Shown here one piece after another: positions 37,471 to 46,248 of a stretch of DNA of 64,000 nucleotides; position 1 is the first letter of the stretch, and each line of letters begins with the position of its first letter. The position numbers and the translations under genes were made by a program. Below the pieces are notes generated by a model. It saw only the letters and a list, made by a program, of their open reading frames with translations. It ran no database searches and was not told the DNA's origin. This DNA is from Acidobacteriota bacterium (GTDB lineage Bacteria > Acidobacteriota > UBA6911): the NCBI GenBank assembly GCA_050011535.1, contig JBEKIX010000003.1, positions 37,976-101,975 on the forward strand. The letters run 5' to 3'.

Positions 37471-37573
37471 GAGCGCCGGCGGTCGTGTTTCACCAGCAAC
37501 GAACAACGAGAAGCTGTGAAAAAATCGGTGATAGAAACGCTGCGTCGGTTGTTTGGCGGCAAAAACTGTCTTG

Positions 37574-38206
37574 TTACAGACGAGGCTTGCGGGTATGGTC
37601 GATGACTTCATCGGGAAGTTCGTTGACGTCATCTGGTCGATGTGGAAAATGCTCGGCCAAAGCACGGCCGCAGGTTTCCACGGCAGCGCATATGCCTTCC
37701 CTGGCCTTGCCCTGCTTGATGCCGCGGAGGATTTCATCGCGGACACCAGTCCAGTGGGTGTCGCCCATCTTCTCGTGGATGCCCTTGTCGCCAAGAACTA
37801 CGACGCGCCGTTCGAGGTCGGAGAGGTAGATTAAAACACCGTTGGACTCGCGCGTCCTGTAAAGCGCGCCGGCGTAAAACTCCCGGAATGCCGCGTCGTG
37901 AACGCATTCCTCCATCTCGCGCGCGGGAATAAACCAGCGGCGCATCGGGAGGCGCGGAACGACAGCATAAAACACGGCGAAGGCCACAATCTCGAGCCAC
38001 AGAACCAGAGTGATGGTGTGCAGGATCGGCAGTGCGAGATAGAGCGCCGTGGCCAGGACGGTTCCGGCAAGAGCCGCCTGCAACGTCGCATGAAGGTAAT
38101 GTCCCGAAGCATCCGAGAATGCAAAAACAATTTCTCCCGAGGTGAGCTGCTCGGCTCTTTTGATCGCGTCGGCGATTGCCTTCTTATCTTCCACACTTAA
38201 ACGCAT
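37574..38206 (-). CDS. TPM-domain membrane protein (third gene of the LemA/TPM operon)
   Basis: 210-aa ORF. AIKRAEQLTSGEIVF, two TM helices, and NGVLIYLSDLERRVVVLGDKGI fit the pattern of the short TPM/DUF477-type protein that usually follows lemA-ygcG-like pairs. Confidence 0.75.
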   Translation of the reverse strand: MRLSVEDKKAIADAIKRAEQLTSGEIVFAFSDASGHYLHATLQAALAGTVLATALYLALPILHTITLVLWLEIVAFAVFYAVVPRLPMRRWFIPAREMEECVHDAAFREFYAGALYRTRESNGVLIYLSDLERRVVVLGDKGIHEKMGDTHWTGVRDEILRGIKQGKAREGICAAVETCGRALAEHFPHRPDDVNELPDEVIDHTRKPRL

Positions 38207-38243
38207 AAGCGCTCAGCCCTCTAGGCGTGGTTCACGATTCGAG

Positions 38244-38280
38244 ATTCGAAATTCGAGATTGGGAATCTCGAATTTCGAAT
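38244..38280. repeat. Perfect 17-bp-stem AT-rich hairpin built from GATTCGA-type micro-repeats
   Basis: ATTCGAAATTCGAGATT-ggg-AATCTCGAATTTCGAAT, preceded by CGATTCGAGATTCGAA tandem units. Lies between the two TPM genes. Confidence 0.9.
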
Positions 38281-38404
38281 TTGTCTTCGACTTGGCAGCT
38301 AAAGACCTTTGCCTTCCCACAAACAATTCGCGGTTTAGTAGCACAGTGTAATGCCGAAGGCAAACCTCAAAGGCTCAAAGTGCTCGAAGAACCTCCAAGC
38401 TCTC

Positions 38405-39316
38405 TTACCATCCTCCGGACGAGCCACCCCCGCCGAAGCCGCCGCCGCCGCCGGAGAAGCCCCCTCCTCCGAAACCTCCGCCACCGCCAAAACCCCCAAA
38501 TCTTCCGCCGCCCATAAAAAATGGGCCACCAAATCCGCCGTGGCGCCCGGAGGTAGACGATCGACTGCCCGACTTGACGATGGCGCCCAGGCAACCCCCA
38601 AACAACACACCCACCAGACCACCGATAAGCATTGGCAGCAGAGTGAACCCGATCAAGGAATGCGCCAGGAACATTCCTGCTCCTCCGCCCAACACCCCGC
38701 CTCCCCACTTGCCGGTCGACGCCAGCAGCCAGAGCAGCGGGACGAGCAAGAACACGAGCAAGCCAAACACGCCGCCGGAATCGCCACCTGGCCGTGAACC
38801 GTGCGCAGGCCGCGACGAGCCTTGATAGGTTCCACGCACGGCTGCCAAAATCCCGTTTACACCGGCGTCAACGCCCTCATAAAAATTGCCCTCTCTGAAA
38901 CTGGGAACAATTTCGTTTTGGATTATCCTCTGGGAGAGTGCGTCGGTCAGGGTGGCTTCCAAACCGTAGCCGACTTCGATTCGAATCTTGCGCTCCTTCA
39001 TGGATATGAGCAGCAGCGCGCCGTTGTCCCTGCCTTTCTGGCCGAGTCTCCAGGCAGTGGCAACGCGCACGGAGTAGTCTTCGAGCGCTTCCCCTTCGAG
39101 GCTGGGAATGAGCAGGACCGCGATTTGGGTGGAATCCGAGATCTCGAATTGCCTGAGCTTTTCTTCGAGATTTGCAGTCTGCTCTGGTGTCAGCACTCCC
39201 GCCAGATCCGTTACTCTCGCCTGGAGCTTTGGAATGTCGAGGGCAAATGCTCCGGCCGCCAGCAGCCAGGAGCAGAAGCCCACAGAGAACCAGAATAGGC
39301 GGCGGTTTCTTCTCAT
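38405..39316 (-). CDS. TPM-domain protein (YgcG-like) with Gly-rich C-terminal tail
   Basis: 303-aa ORF. Signal peptide, VTDLAGVL..E..L...E..T..QIAVLLIPSL.GE.LEDYS TPM phosphatase-like motif, TM segments, and a GGGGFGGGGFSGGGGGFGGGG tail. Confidence 0.85.
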   Translation of the reverse strand: MRRNRRLFWFSVGFCSWLLAAGAFALDIPKLQARVTDLAGVLTPEQTANLEEKLRQFEISDSTQIAVLLIPSLEGEALEDYSVRVATAWRLGQKGRDNGALLLISMKERKIRIEVGYGLEATLTDALSQRIIQNEIVPSFREGNFYEGVDAGVNGILAAVRGTYQGSSRPAHGSRPGGDSGGVFGLLVFLLVPLLWLLASTGKWGGGVLGGGAGMFLAHSLIGFTLLPMLIGGLVGVLFGGCLGAIVKSGSRSSTSGRHGGFGGPFFMGGGRFGGFGGGGGFGGGGFSGGGGGFGGGGSSGGW

Positions 39317-39319
39317 AAT

Positions 39320-39919
39320 CTATTTGCCGAAGTTTACGACGGGCGCCTTTTCGCTCCCTGGTGCGCTCTGGAAGTATTGCTTCTCACTGAATCCGAAGAA
39401 TCGCGCGACTATCACGGCAGGGAACTGCTTGATCCGCGTATTGTAGCCCTGAGCGGTTTCGTTGAACCTCATGCGCTCCACGGTAATGCGATTCTCCGTG
39501 CCCTCGAGCTGGCTCTGCAGCGCGAGAAAATTTTCGTTTGCTTTCAAATTGGGATAGTTCTCCGATACCACAAGGAGTCGCGAGAGCGCGCCCGATATGC
39601 CTGCTTCAGTCTGCTGGAACTTCTGAAACTGCGCCGGATTGTTCAGAATGTCCTGTGCGCGGATCGAGCCCACAGAAGCGCGCGCGGCGGTCACGGTCTC
39701 CAGCACCTCGCTCTCATGCGCTGCATAACCCTTTACCGTGGCGACCAGGTTGGGAATCAAATCCGCACGTCGCTGATATACGTTTTCGACCTGGCTCCAT
39801 TGTTGATTGACCGCCTGCTCCTTGGCGACGATGTCGTTATACGTGCTTTGAACGGTGAGTGCGGGAAACAGCACCAGAACCACAAGAACTCCCAGACCTA
39901 TGAGCAAGCCCTTTTTCAT
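39320..39919 (-). CDS. lemA: LemA family protein
   Basis: 199-aa ORF. N-terminal TM helix, NQQWSQVENVYQRRADLIPNLV, and FNETAQGYNTRIKQFPAVIVARFFGF match the LemA consensus. Confidence 0.9.
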   Translation of the reverse strand: MKKGLLIGLGVLVVLVLFPALTVQSTYNDIVAKEQAVNQQWSQVENVYQRRADLIPNLVATVKGYAAHESEVLETVTAARASVGSIRAQDILNNPAQFQKFQQTEAGISGALSRLLVVSENYPNLKANENFLALQSQLEGTENRITVERMRFNETAQGYNTRIKQFPAVIVARFFGFSEKQYFQSAPGSEKAPVVNFGK

Positions 39920-40009
39920 GCTAACCTCCTCGGTTCTGCGAACATCGAGCTGCCATCGTGAAGTGCGCCTGTCACGCTACCTATCGCAGATCCCAATGTA
40001 CAGCATAGA

Positions 40010-40774
40010 TTACCCGGATGAGCGCTGAATATTCATTTCGGTCATTTTGACGAAGGTCCGGACACGCGCGGCATCGGTTGTGGTCACGCTGAATTCAGGC
40101 GGCCTCAACTCGCCTCCCATGAAGCACCGGCTGTTGCGAAATTTCATCGGGCCTTCGACATCCACAAGCGCCGCGACATGCAACTCGCGCGCGCCGCTCT
40201 TTTCGAGGATCCTGGCAAAGTTGCGTTCGTGAATGCCGCCGCCGGGCATGATGATGATGCGGTCGCCGGACTTGCGCACGAGGTCAGCGATCAAATCGAG
40301 GCCTTCCAAGGCGCTGGCCTCCTGCCCGGAAGTCAGGATGCGATGAATGCCGATACCAATCAAAGTGTCTAACGCCTCGTAGGGGTCGCGCGACATGTCG
40401 AAGGCTCGATGAAACGTCACGTTCATCGGTCGCGCCAGAACGGCTAACTCACGTGTTCGAGGCGCATCGATAGAACCGTCTTCTTTCAATATTCCGATGA
40501 CGACTCCGTCGGCTCCTGCCTGCTTTGCAGTCTCGATGTCGCGTTTCATGATTTCGAGCTCGACTGCCGAGTAGCAGAAATCGCCGCCCCTGGGCCGGAT
40601 CATGACTTGCAGTCCTATATGCAGCCGGCTCCGTGCCAGCTGGATAGATCCCGCACTAGGGGTAGTTCCTCCTTCGAGTAGGTTCGCGCACAGTTCCACG
40701 CGGTCCGCACCCCCATCCTGTGCCGCGATCGCACCTGCCACCGATTCCACACAGACTTCCAGCAGTCTCTTCAC
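40010..40774 (-). CDS. cutC: Copper homeostasis protein CutC
   Basis: 254-aa ORF. LEVCVESVAGAIAAQDGGADRVELCANLLEGGTTPS and MIRPRGGDFCYS are typical of CutC. Confidence 0.9.
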   Translation of the reverse strand: MKRLLEVCVESVAGAIAAQDGGADRVELCANLLEGGTTPSAGSIQLARSRLHIGLQVMIRPRGGDFCYSAVELEIMKRDIETAKQAGADGVVIGILKEDGSIDAPRTRELAVLARPMNVTFHRAFDMSRDPYEALDTLIGIGIHRILTSGQEASALEGLDLIADLVRKSGDRIIIMPGGGIHERNFARILEKSGARELHVAALVDVEGPMKFRNSRCFMGGELRPPEFSVTTTDAARVRTFVKMTEMNIQRSSG

Positions 40775-40875
40775 GAATACCTCCGTCTGTTACCTGGTCC
40801 GCTCTCTCGATACTCCGCGATGCAACCGTGCCACTCAAGCCGTGCAAATCAACTCTTTGATTCTCCCGCAGCCGG

Positions 40876-41268
40876 CTATTTCTTTTTCACCAGCTCCAGG
40901 GCGCTGGAGTCGCCCTGGTCCGACACCCAGGAGCCGACGAGCTTGTCGTTGCTGAGCTTGAGTGTGGTGCTGATCTTGACGGCCTGATCAGAACTGCCGG
41001 CATAGAACTGGAAGCTCAGGGTGCCGTTCTCAAACTTCACATTTTCCAGACTGACTCCGCTGGCCATGCCCATGGAATCGGTCATGGTGCCTGAATAGGA
41101 GGCGCCGTCCTTTTTCAAAACGAGGCTGATGCCGTCCTTATCCGTGGAATTGGGAACCGAGGTCTCTCCGACCCATGTGCCGCTCAAATCGGTGTTCTGT
41201 CCAAAAAGCACTCCGGCTGCCAGAGTTGCAATTATTGCAGCCAACGCAAGGATGGTGATGCTCTTCAT
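40876..41268 (-). CDS. Hypothetical small secreted protein
   Basis: 130-aa ORF with a clear signal peptide (MKSITILALAAIIATLAAGVLFG). The rest looks beta-rich. No recognised domain. Confidence 0.5.
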   Translation of the reverse strand: MKSITILALAAIIATLAAGVLFGQNTDLSGTWVGETSVPNSTDKDGISLVLKKDGASYSGTMTDSMGMASGVSLENVKFENGTLSFQFYAGSSDQAVKISTTLKLSNDKLVGSWVSDQGDSSALELVKKK

Positions 41269-41432
41269 AGTTTGTTCTCCTCCTGAGGGCAGACTTGCAT
41301 AGAAACGCTCGGCTGAAGAAAAAAGTTCAAATGAAATTCTCTTCTCTCAATAGTAGCATCTTCGAGGTATCCACGCAGTCTTTGCTCCAGGACGCCAAGC
41401 ACATCATACCGTCTTGGCATTTATCCCGGCAG

Positions 41433-42509
41433 CTATGCGAAGCCGACGAAAACGGGCTCGGGGACCAGCTTCACGTGAAAAAGACCATCTACCGCGGCCT
41501 GTATTTCGGCCATAAGAGCCAGAATCTCGCCTGCGGTCGCTCCGCCCCTGTTGATGATCGCCAAGGCATGTTTGCTGGAAAGGCCGGCTTGTCCTCGGCA
41601 ATAACCCCTGCTGAAGCCCGCATGCTCGATCAGCCATGCGGCCGACAACTTAACGCGGCCATCACCCATCGGATAGCAGGGCATGTTTGAGGATTCTTTC
41701 GAAGGTGCGCGACTCATGGCCGCTTCTTCTGCAAACCGAGCGTCGGATTCAGACACGATTGGATTCTTGAAAAACGAGCCGGTGCTCTTTGAGTCCGGAT
41801 CGCCGGTACGAAGGACCATGGATTTGCCTTCCCTGATGCGCAAAACGGCCGCGCGCACATCAGCCAGCGTGGGTCTGACGGTTCTGCCTTCAAAGCGGCG
41901 CTGCAGTTCGGGGTAGGCGATTCGGGGGCCGGCGCCGGGATGCAACTGGAAGGCGACTGCCAGGACAACATAGCGATCGCGTTCAGAACCGTTAAAGAGA
42001 CTCGTCCGGTAGGAAAAACCGCAGGCGGCGTTATCGAGATCCAGCGTTTTTGGGGTCTTGCGTTCGAGGACGCGAACGGAGGCGATGACTTCGCTCACCT
42101 CCTGGCCATACGCGCCCACATTTTGAACGGGCGTGCCCCCCACCGTGCCCGGAATGCCGCTCAAACACTCGATTCCAGCCAGTTCATGGTCGACGCATAG
42201 GCGCACCAGTGAGTCCCAGTCTTCACCGGCAGCCGCGACGATCCGGCCGGCAGTTTCTTGTCGAATGCCGCGCAGAGCAATTCTCACAACCATTCCTTGA
42301 AACCCGGAATCCGCAACCACCAGGTTGCTGCCTCCGCCCAGGACGAAAACAGGCAAATTCCGGAGCGATGCGAACTCCAGTGCATTCCCGACCTGGACTT
42401 CATCCTCTGCCTCGACGAAAAAACGCGCAGGTCCTCCGACACCCAAAGTGGTGAAGGGCGCCAGAGGCACATTTTCACGCAAAACCATAGGAGAGGCAGG
42501 TCGCTTCAT
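41433..42509 (-). CDS. murB: UDP-N-acetylenolpyruvoylglucosamine reductase
   Basis: APFTTLGVGGPARFF, VLGGGSNLVV, and the C-terminal GSFFKNP..AAWLIE.AGF.G motifs. The ATG at 42509 overlaps the panE stop (ATGA). Confidence 0.9.
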   Translation of the reverse strand: MKRPASPMVLRENVPLAPFTTLGVGGPARFFVEAEDEVQVGNALEFASLRNLPVFVLGGGSNLVVADSGFQGMVVRIALRGIRQETAGRIVAAAGEDWDSLVRLCVDHELAGIECLSGIPGTVGGTPVQNVGAYGQEVSEVIASVRVLERKTPKTLDLDNAACGFSYRTSLFNGSERDRYVVLAVAFQLHPGAGPRIAYPELQRRFEGRTVRPTLADVRAAVLRIREGKSMVLRTGDPDSKSTGSFFKNPIVSESDARFAEEAAMSRAPSKESSNMPCYPMGDGRVKLSAAWLIEHAGFSRGYCRGQAGLSSKHALAIINRGGATAGEILALMAEIQAAVDGLFHVKLVPEPVFVGFA

Positions 42510-43501
42510 GGGTTCTGAGAATCGGAATGGTGAAGATGCCGGCGTTCGAGGAGCCGCGCGCACGCGTAAACAGCCCGGGTCTGAGGAATCTGAACTCCCA
42601 GCCTGTCTGCCAACTCCACTACGGCTCCCATGATAGCTTCCGTCTCCAGGGATCGTCCCATTTCGATGTCCTGAAGACTGCTGGTTTTGTGGGGTCCAAC
42701 ACGCGCGGCGCCTGCCAGGCGCTGATCGACAGTGATCTCCAGCTCCATGCCGAAGGCGGTCGCGACCGCCCTGCCCTCTTCCATGATAGCGCGTGCGAGC
42801 GTGGAGGCGTATGGATCGCGGAGAATTTCCTCCATATTGGCCCGCGTGAGCGCGCTGATAGGATTGAATGCCAGGTTGCCGATCAGTTTTACCCAGACAT
42901 CATGACGGATCCGGTTGCGCACGGCGCACTTCAGACCACCATTCTGGAATGCACGCGCAATCCGCCGGCACCGCTCGCTGCGGGCGCCGGAGAGTTCGCC
43001 AATGGCGAAGCGATTCCCCTCCGTCTGTTCGATGACTCCGGGTGCGACAATGACGGCCGAGCAGTAGACGACGCACCCGATGACGCGCTGCGCTGGAATT
43101 GCAGTGGAAAGGAACCCATCGGGATCCACGGCTCGCAGGTGGATGCCTGCCAACGGACCGCCCCAATTCTCGAAGTACCACCAGGGAATGCCGTTCTGCC
43201 CGGCCACCACCGGCGTTTCAGGCCCGAGCAGGGGCGCGAGGCTGGGGCTCACGGCTCTCAGACTCTGAGCCTTAACAGACAGGAAGACGACATCCACAGT
43301 GCCGATCTCCGCAGGATTGTCCGTGGCATACGGATGGGCGGTCAGCGTCTCGCCGGTCTCCAGGCGAACGCGCACCCCTCGCTTCTGCATTGCTGCCAAA
43401 TGCGGTCCGCGCGCGACGAGCGCGACTTCATCTCCGCCGGCAGCGAGGCATGCGCCGACATAAGCTCCGATGGCTCCGGCACCCACGATCGCAAATTTCA
43501 T
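42506..43501 (-). CDS. panE: 2-dehydropantoate 2-reductase (ApbA/PanE family)
   Basis: The ATG at 43501 gives MKFAIVGAGAIGAYVGACLA (Rossmann fold). The C-terminal KTSSLQDIEMGRSLE motif is typical of ketopantoate reductases. Overlaps the upstream gene stop by 4 nt. Confidence 0.8.
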   Translation of the reverse strand: MKFAIVGAGAIGAYVGACLAAGGDEVALVARGPHLAAMQKRGVRVRLETGETLTAHPYATDNPAEIGTVDVVFLSVKAQSLRAVSPSLAPLLGPETPVVAGQNGIPWWYFENWGGPLAGIHLRAVDPDGFLSTAIPAQRVIGCVVYCSAVIVAPGVIEQTEGNRFAIGELSGARSERCRRIARAFQNGGLKCAVRNRIRHDVWVKLIGNLAFNPISALTRANMEEILRDPYASTLARAIMEEGRAVATAFGMELEITVDQRLAGAARVGPHKTSSLQDIEMGRSLETEAIMGAVVELADRLGVQIPQTRAVYACARLLERRHLHHSDSQNP

Positions 43502-45000
43502 GATCCCAGCTTCTGTGCCACCGTCTTCCTTTGGATTTTGCCTGTGGCGGTGCGCGGAATGCGCTCCACGATATGGATTTTCTTGGGGCACTTGAAATCC
43601 GCCAGGCGCTCACGGCAGAAGGCGAGCAGTTCTTCTTCGGTGGCAGGCGCTGTCAGTTCAACCGCAGCCTCGACCTCTTCGCCGTAAACCCGGTGAGGCA
43701 CGCCGAATGTCGCAACCTCCGCGACGGCAGGATGCAGCTGAAGCACCTGATCGATCTCGAGGGGAGAGATCTTCTCGCCGCCGCGCACAATCAGCTCCTT
43801 GATGCGGCCGATGAGCTTGACATACCCCTGCCGGTCTATGATCCCTTCATCTCCTGTGCGAAACCAGCCGTTCGTGAATGAGGTCGCGTTTGCCTGCGGG
43901 TTGTCTTCGTACCCGGCGATGACGTTCGTGCCGCGGATGACCACCTCGCCCTGCGCTCCAGGCAACAGCAGGTGTCCCTCCTTATCCATGATTCCGACTT
44001 CGACATTGGCGCCAAGCCCGACGGTTCCCGCTTTGCGTTCAGCCGGCGGCAGCGGATTGGTGGCAATCTGGTGCGCAGCTTCGGTCATTCCGTACGCTTC
44101 CAGCACGGGCGCTCCGAAGCGTGTCTCAAGGTCAGCCATGAGCGCGGGAGACAGCGCCGAACTGCACGAGCGAATGAAGCGGAGCCCTTCGGAACCCAAG
44201 GGACGAACTCCCTCGCGCGATCGCGCCAGGAGCATCTGATGGATTGCAGGAACCGCGGAATACCAGGTCGCCCGGTGAGCGTGCACCGCAGGCCAGAAGG
44301 ACAGTGCACTGAATCCCTGCGTCACCACGACGGTAGAGCCGACGAGCAGGGAAGCCAAAACAGAAGCCACCAGCCCATGCACGTGAAACAGCGGCATGAC
44401 GCACATGGCGACATCTTCGGACGTGAGCGCATAAGAGTGGGCGACGTTGCGCGCCGAAGTCAGAAGATTCACGTGCGTGAGCGGCACGCGCTTGGGGCGG
44501 CTCGTGGTGCCGCTTGTGTGCAGAACCAGTGCCACGTCCTCCGCCCTGGGCACATCTAGTTCTGCGTCGGCCTTCAAAGGAACGGTGGTGGAAAACTTTA
44601 CCGCGCCTCCGGCGTCGATCGTAGATTCGACGAGAAACATGCCGGGGTTCACCGCCTGCCGTGCCAGCTCCGCGCCGCCCGCCGGCACGATTAAAGCGCG
44701 GGCGCCAGTGTCGGCGAGATAGTACTGGAATTCTTCCACCTTGTAGCCTGGATTCAAGGGTGCGGCGGTTCCGGCGGCGGCCGCCGCAAAAAATGCGATC
44801 ACGGCGTCGATGCCATTAGGCAGAACGATGCCGATTCGGTCGTGGCGCGCGATCCCCGCCCGCTGCAGGAAAAGAGCCAATCCAGCCACTTGCTCCTGCA
44901 GGGATCCATAGCTCACAACCGGACCCCCAGGTGCGAGCAATGCCGGTCGCGCCGGATCTACTCCCAACAGTGCATCCAACAAGGTACTTCCCATGTTCAT
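43498..45000 (-). CDS. AMP-dependent acyl-CoA synthetase/ligase
   Basis: AMP-binding motifs LHTSGTTSRPKRVPLTH, YGMTE, GWFRTGDEG and ELIVRGGEKISPLEID. Substrate cannot be assigned from sequence alone. Start at ATG 45000 or 44994. Confidence 0.85.
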   Translation of the reverse strand: MNMGSTLLDALLGVDPARPALLAPGGPVVSYGSLQEQVAGLALFLQRAGIARHDRIGIVLPNGIDAVIAFFAAAAAGTAAPLNPGYKVEEFQYYLADTGARALIVPAGGAELARQAVNPGMFLVESTIDAGGAVKFSTTVPLKADAELDVPRAEDVALVLHTSGTTSRPKRVPLTHVNLLTSARNVAHSYALTSEDVAMCVMPLFHVHGLVASVLASLLVGSTVVVTQGFSALSFWPAVHAHRATWYSAVPAIHQMLLARSREGVRPLGSEGLRFIRSCSSALSPALMADLETRFGAPVLEAYGMTEAAHQIATNPLPPAERKAGTVGLGANVEVGIMDKEGHLLLPGAQGEVVIRGTNVIAGYEDNPQANATSFTNGWFRTGDEGIIDRQGYVKLIGRIKELIVRGGEKISPLEIDQVLQLHPAVAEVATFGVPHRVYGEEVEAAVELTAPATEEELLAFCRERLADFKCPKKIHIVERIPRTATGKIQRKTVAQKLGS

Positions 45001-45312
45001 AGCGATCCGCCGATTTCTGCCGCTTTGCGCGCCTGCATCAAAACGTGATTCGTACACACCATTCTACAATGGTTTCATGACTGATTGGAAATCCAACGCA
45101 GCTGTGCCGCACCTTCGGTGTTCGATGATGAGGCGCATCCTAATCCCGGCCTGACGGCCGGGCCTAGGGGGTGTTAGCAGCGAGGCCCAAAGGGTCGGCA
45201 CATTTTTTATGCTTATGTTCAGACCCACAAAATTACGTGTAAGGAGCAGGTGATGCCGCTGCACTCCAAAGGCTCCGCCTATTTTCGGAACACATCGGCA
45301 TCATTTCCGGCT

Positions 45313-46185
45313 TTAATCCAGATAGCGGCTGGTCAAGCCCTGATAGGCATCCAGACGGCGATCACGAAGGAACGGCCAGTGCGTGCGCATCGTTTCTACC
45401 TGTTGCAGATCACATGCTGCGACCAGGATCTCTTCCCGGACGTGCGAGCTTCTTGCCAGGACATTCCCGCCGGGATCGCACACGAAGCTTGCGCCCCAGA
45501 ACTCGATCCCCTCAGGCGCCACACCCTCATGTCCCACACGATTGACGGTCGCGACAAACACGCCGTTAGCGATTGCATGGCCGCGTTGAATCGTCTCCCA
45601 CGCAGAATGCTGGCCTGCGCCGAGGGCCTCCTTTTTACTCGGATGCCACCCGATTGCAGTCGGGTAGAACAGGACATTCGCGCCATGTAGCGCCGTCAGG
45701 CGGGCTGCCTCGGGATACCATTGGTCCCAGCAGATCAGGACGCCGATGCGGCCGTAGCGGGTATCCCAGGCCTGGAACCCCAGATCGCCGGGGGTGAAAT
45801 AAAATTTTTCGTAATAGAGAGGGTCATCGGGAATGTGCATCTTTCGATACTTCCCCAAATACGTTCCGTCGGCATCGATTACCGCCGCACTGTTGTGATA
45901 GACTCCCGCCGCACGATACTCAAACAACGGCACAATCAGAACAACCTGGAGCTCTCGTGCAATTGCGCCAAGGCGCGTAGTGGTAGGACCGGGAATCTCC
46001 TCGGCCAAGCCGAAATGGGTGTAGTCCTCAACCTGGCAAAAATACAGGTTCCCGAACAGTTCGGGCAGGCAGATGATCTGCGCGCCCTGGCCGGCTGCTG
46101 AACGGATCCGATCCGTTGCCTTTTCCAGATTGGTAGCGGGTTCCTGACTCATGGACATTTGTATAAGACCGATTCTCACCAGCAT
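45313..46185 (-). CDS. Carbon-nitrogen hydrolase (N-carbamoylputrescine amidase-like)
   Basis: 290-aa ORF. IGLIQM..., LPELF, the catalytic triad context (E in CLPELF, K in YRKMHIPD, C in VLICWDQWYPE). Confidence 0.8.
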   Translation of the reverse strand: MLVRIGLIQMSMSQEPATNLEKATDRIRSAAGQGAQIICLPELFGNLYFCQVEDYTHFGLAEEIPGPTTTRLGAIARELQVVLIVPLFEYRAAGVYHNSAAVIDADGTYLGKYRKMHIPDDPLYYEKFYFTPGDLGFQAWDTRYGRIGVLICWDQWYPEAARLTALHGANVLFYPTAIGWHPSKKEALGAGQHSAWETIQRGHAIANGVFVATVNRVGHEGVAPEGIEFWGASFVCDPGGNVLARSSHVREEILVAACDLQQVETMRTHWPFLRDRRLDAYQGLTSRYLD

Positions 46186-46248
46186 CGTCTGCCCGTCCTT
46201 TCATGGGAAATCGGATGGAATGATATCTCAAATTGAGTAGTCTGCGAA

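Noticed and set aside
36666-37829. Heptad-repeat (EMIIS..) proteins from ORFs 36666..37082+, 36842..37078-, 37079..37438- and 37185..37829+
   Set aside because: The same peptide repeat is read on both strands because the DNA unit is a palindrome of 21 bp (7 codons). Composition is Ile/Met/Phe-dominated, there is no RBS, and the ORFs mutually overlap. This is best explained as non-coding repeat DNA, though translation was not formally excluded.
38405-38520. GGC/GCC-rich simple repeat at the 3' end of the TPM gene
   Set aside because: It encodes the Gly-rich C-terminal tail (GGGGFGGGG..) that is a normal feature of YgcG/TPM-family proteins. It is not an independent DNA element.
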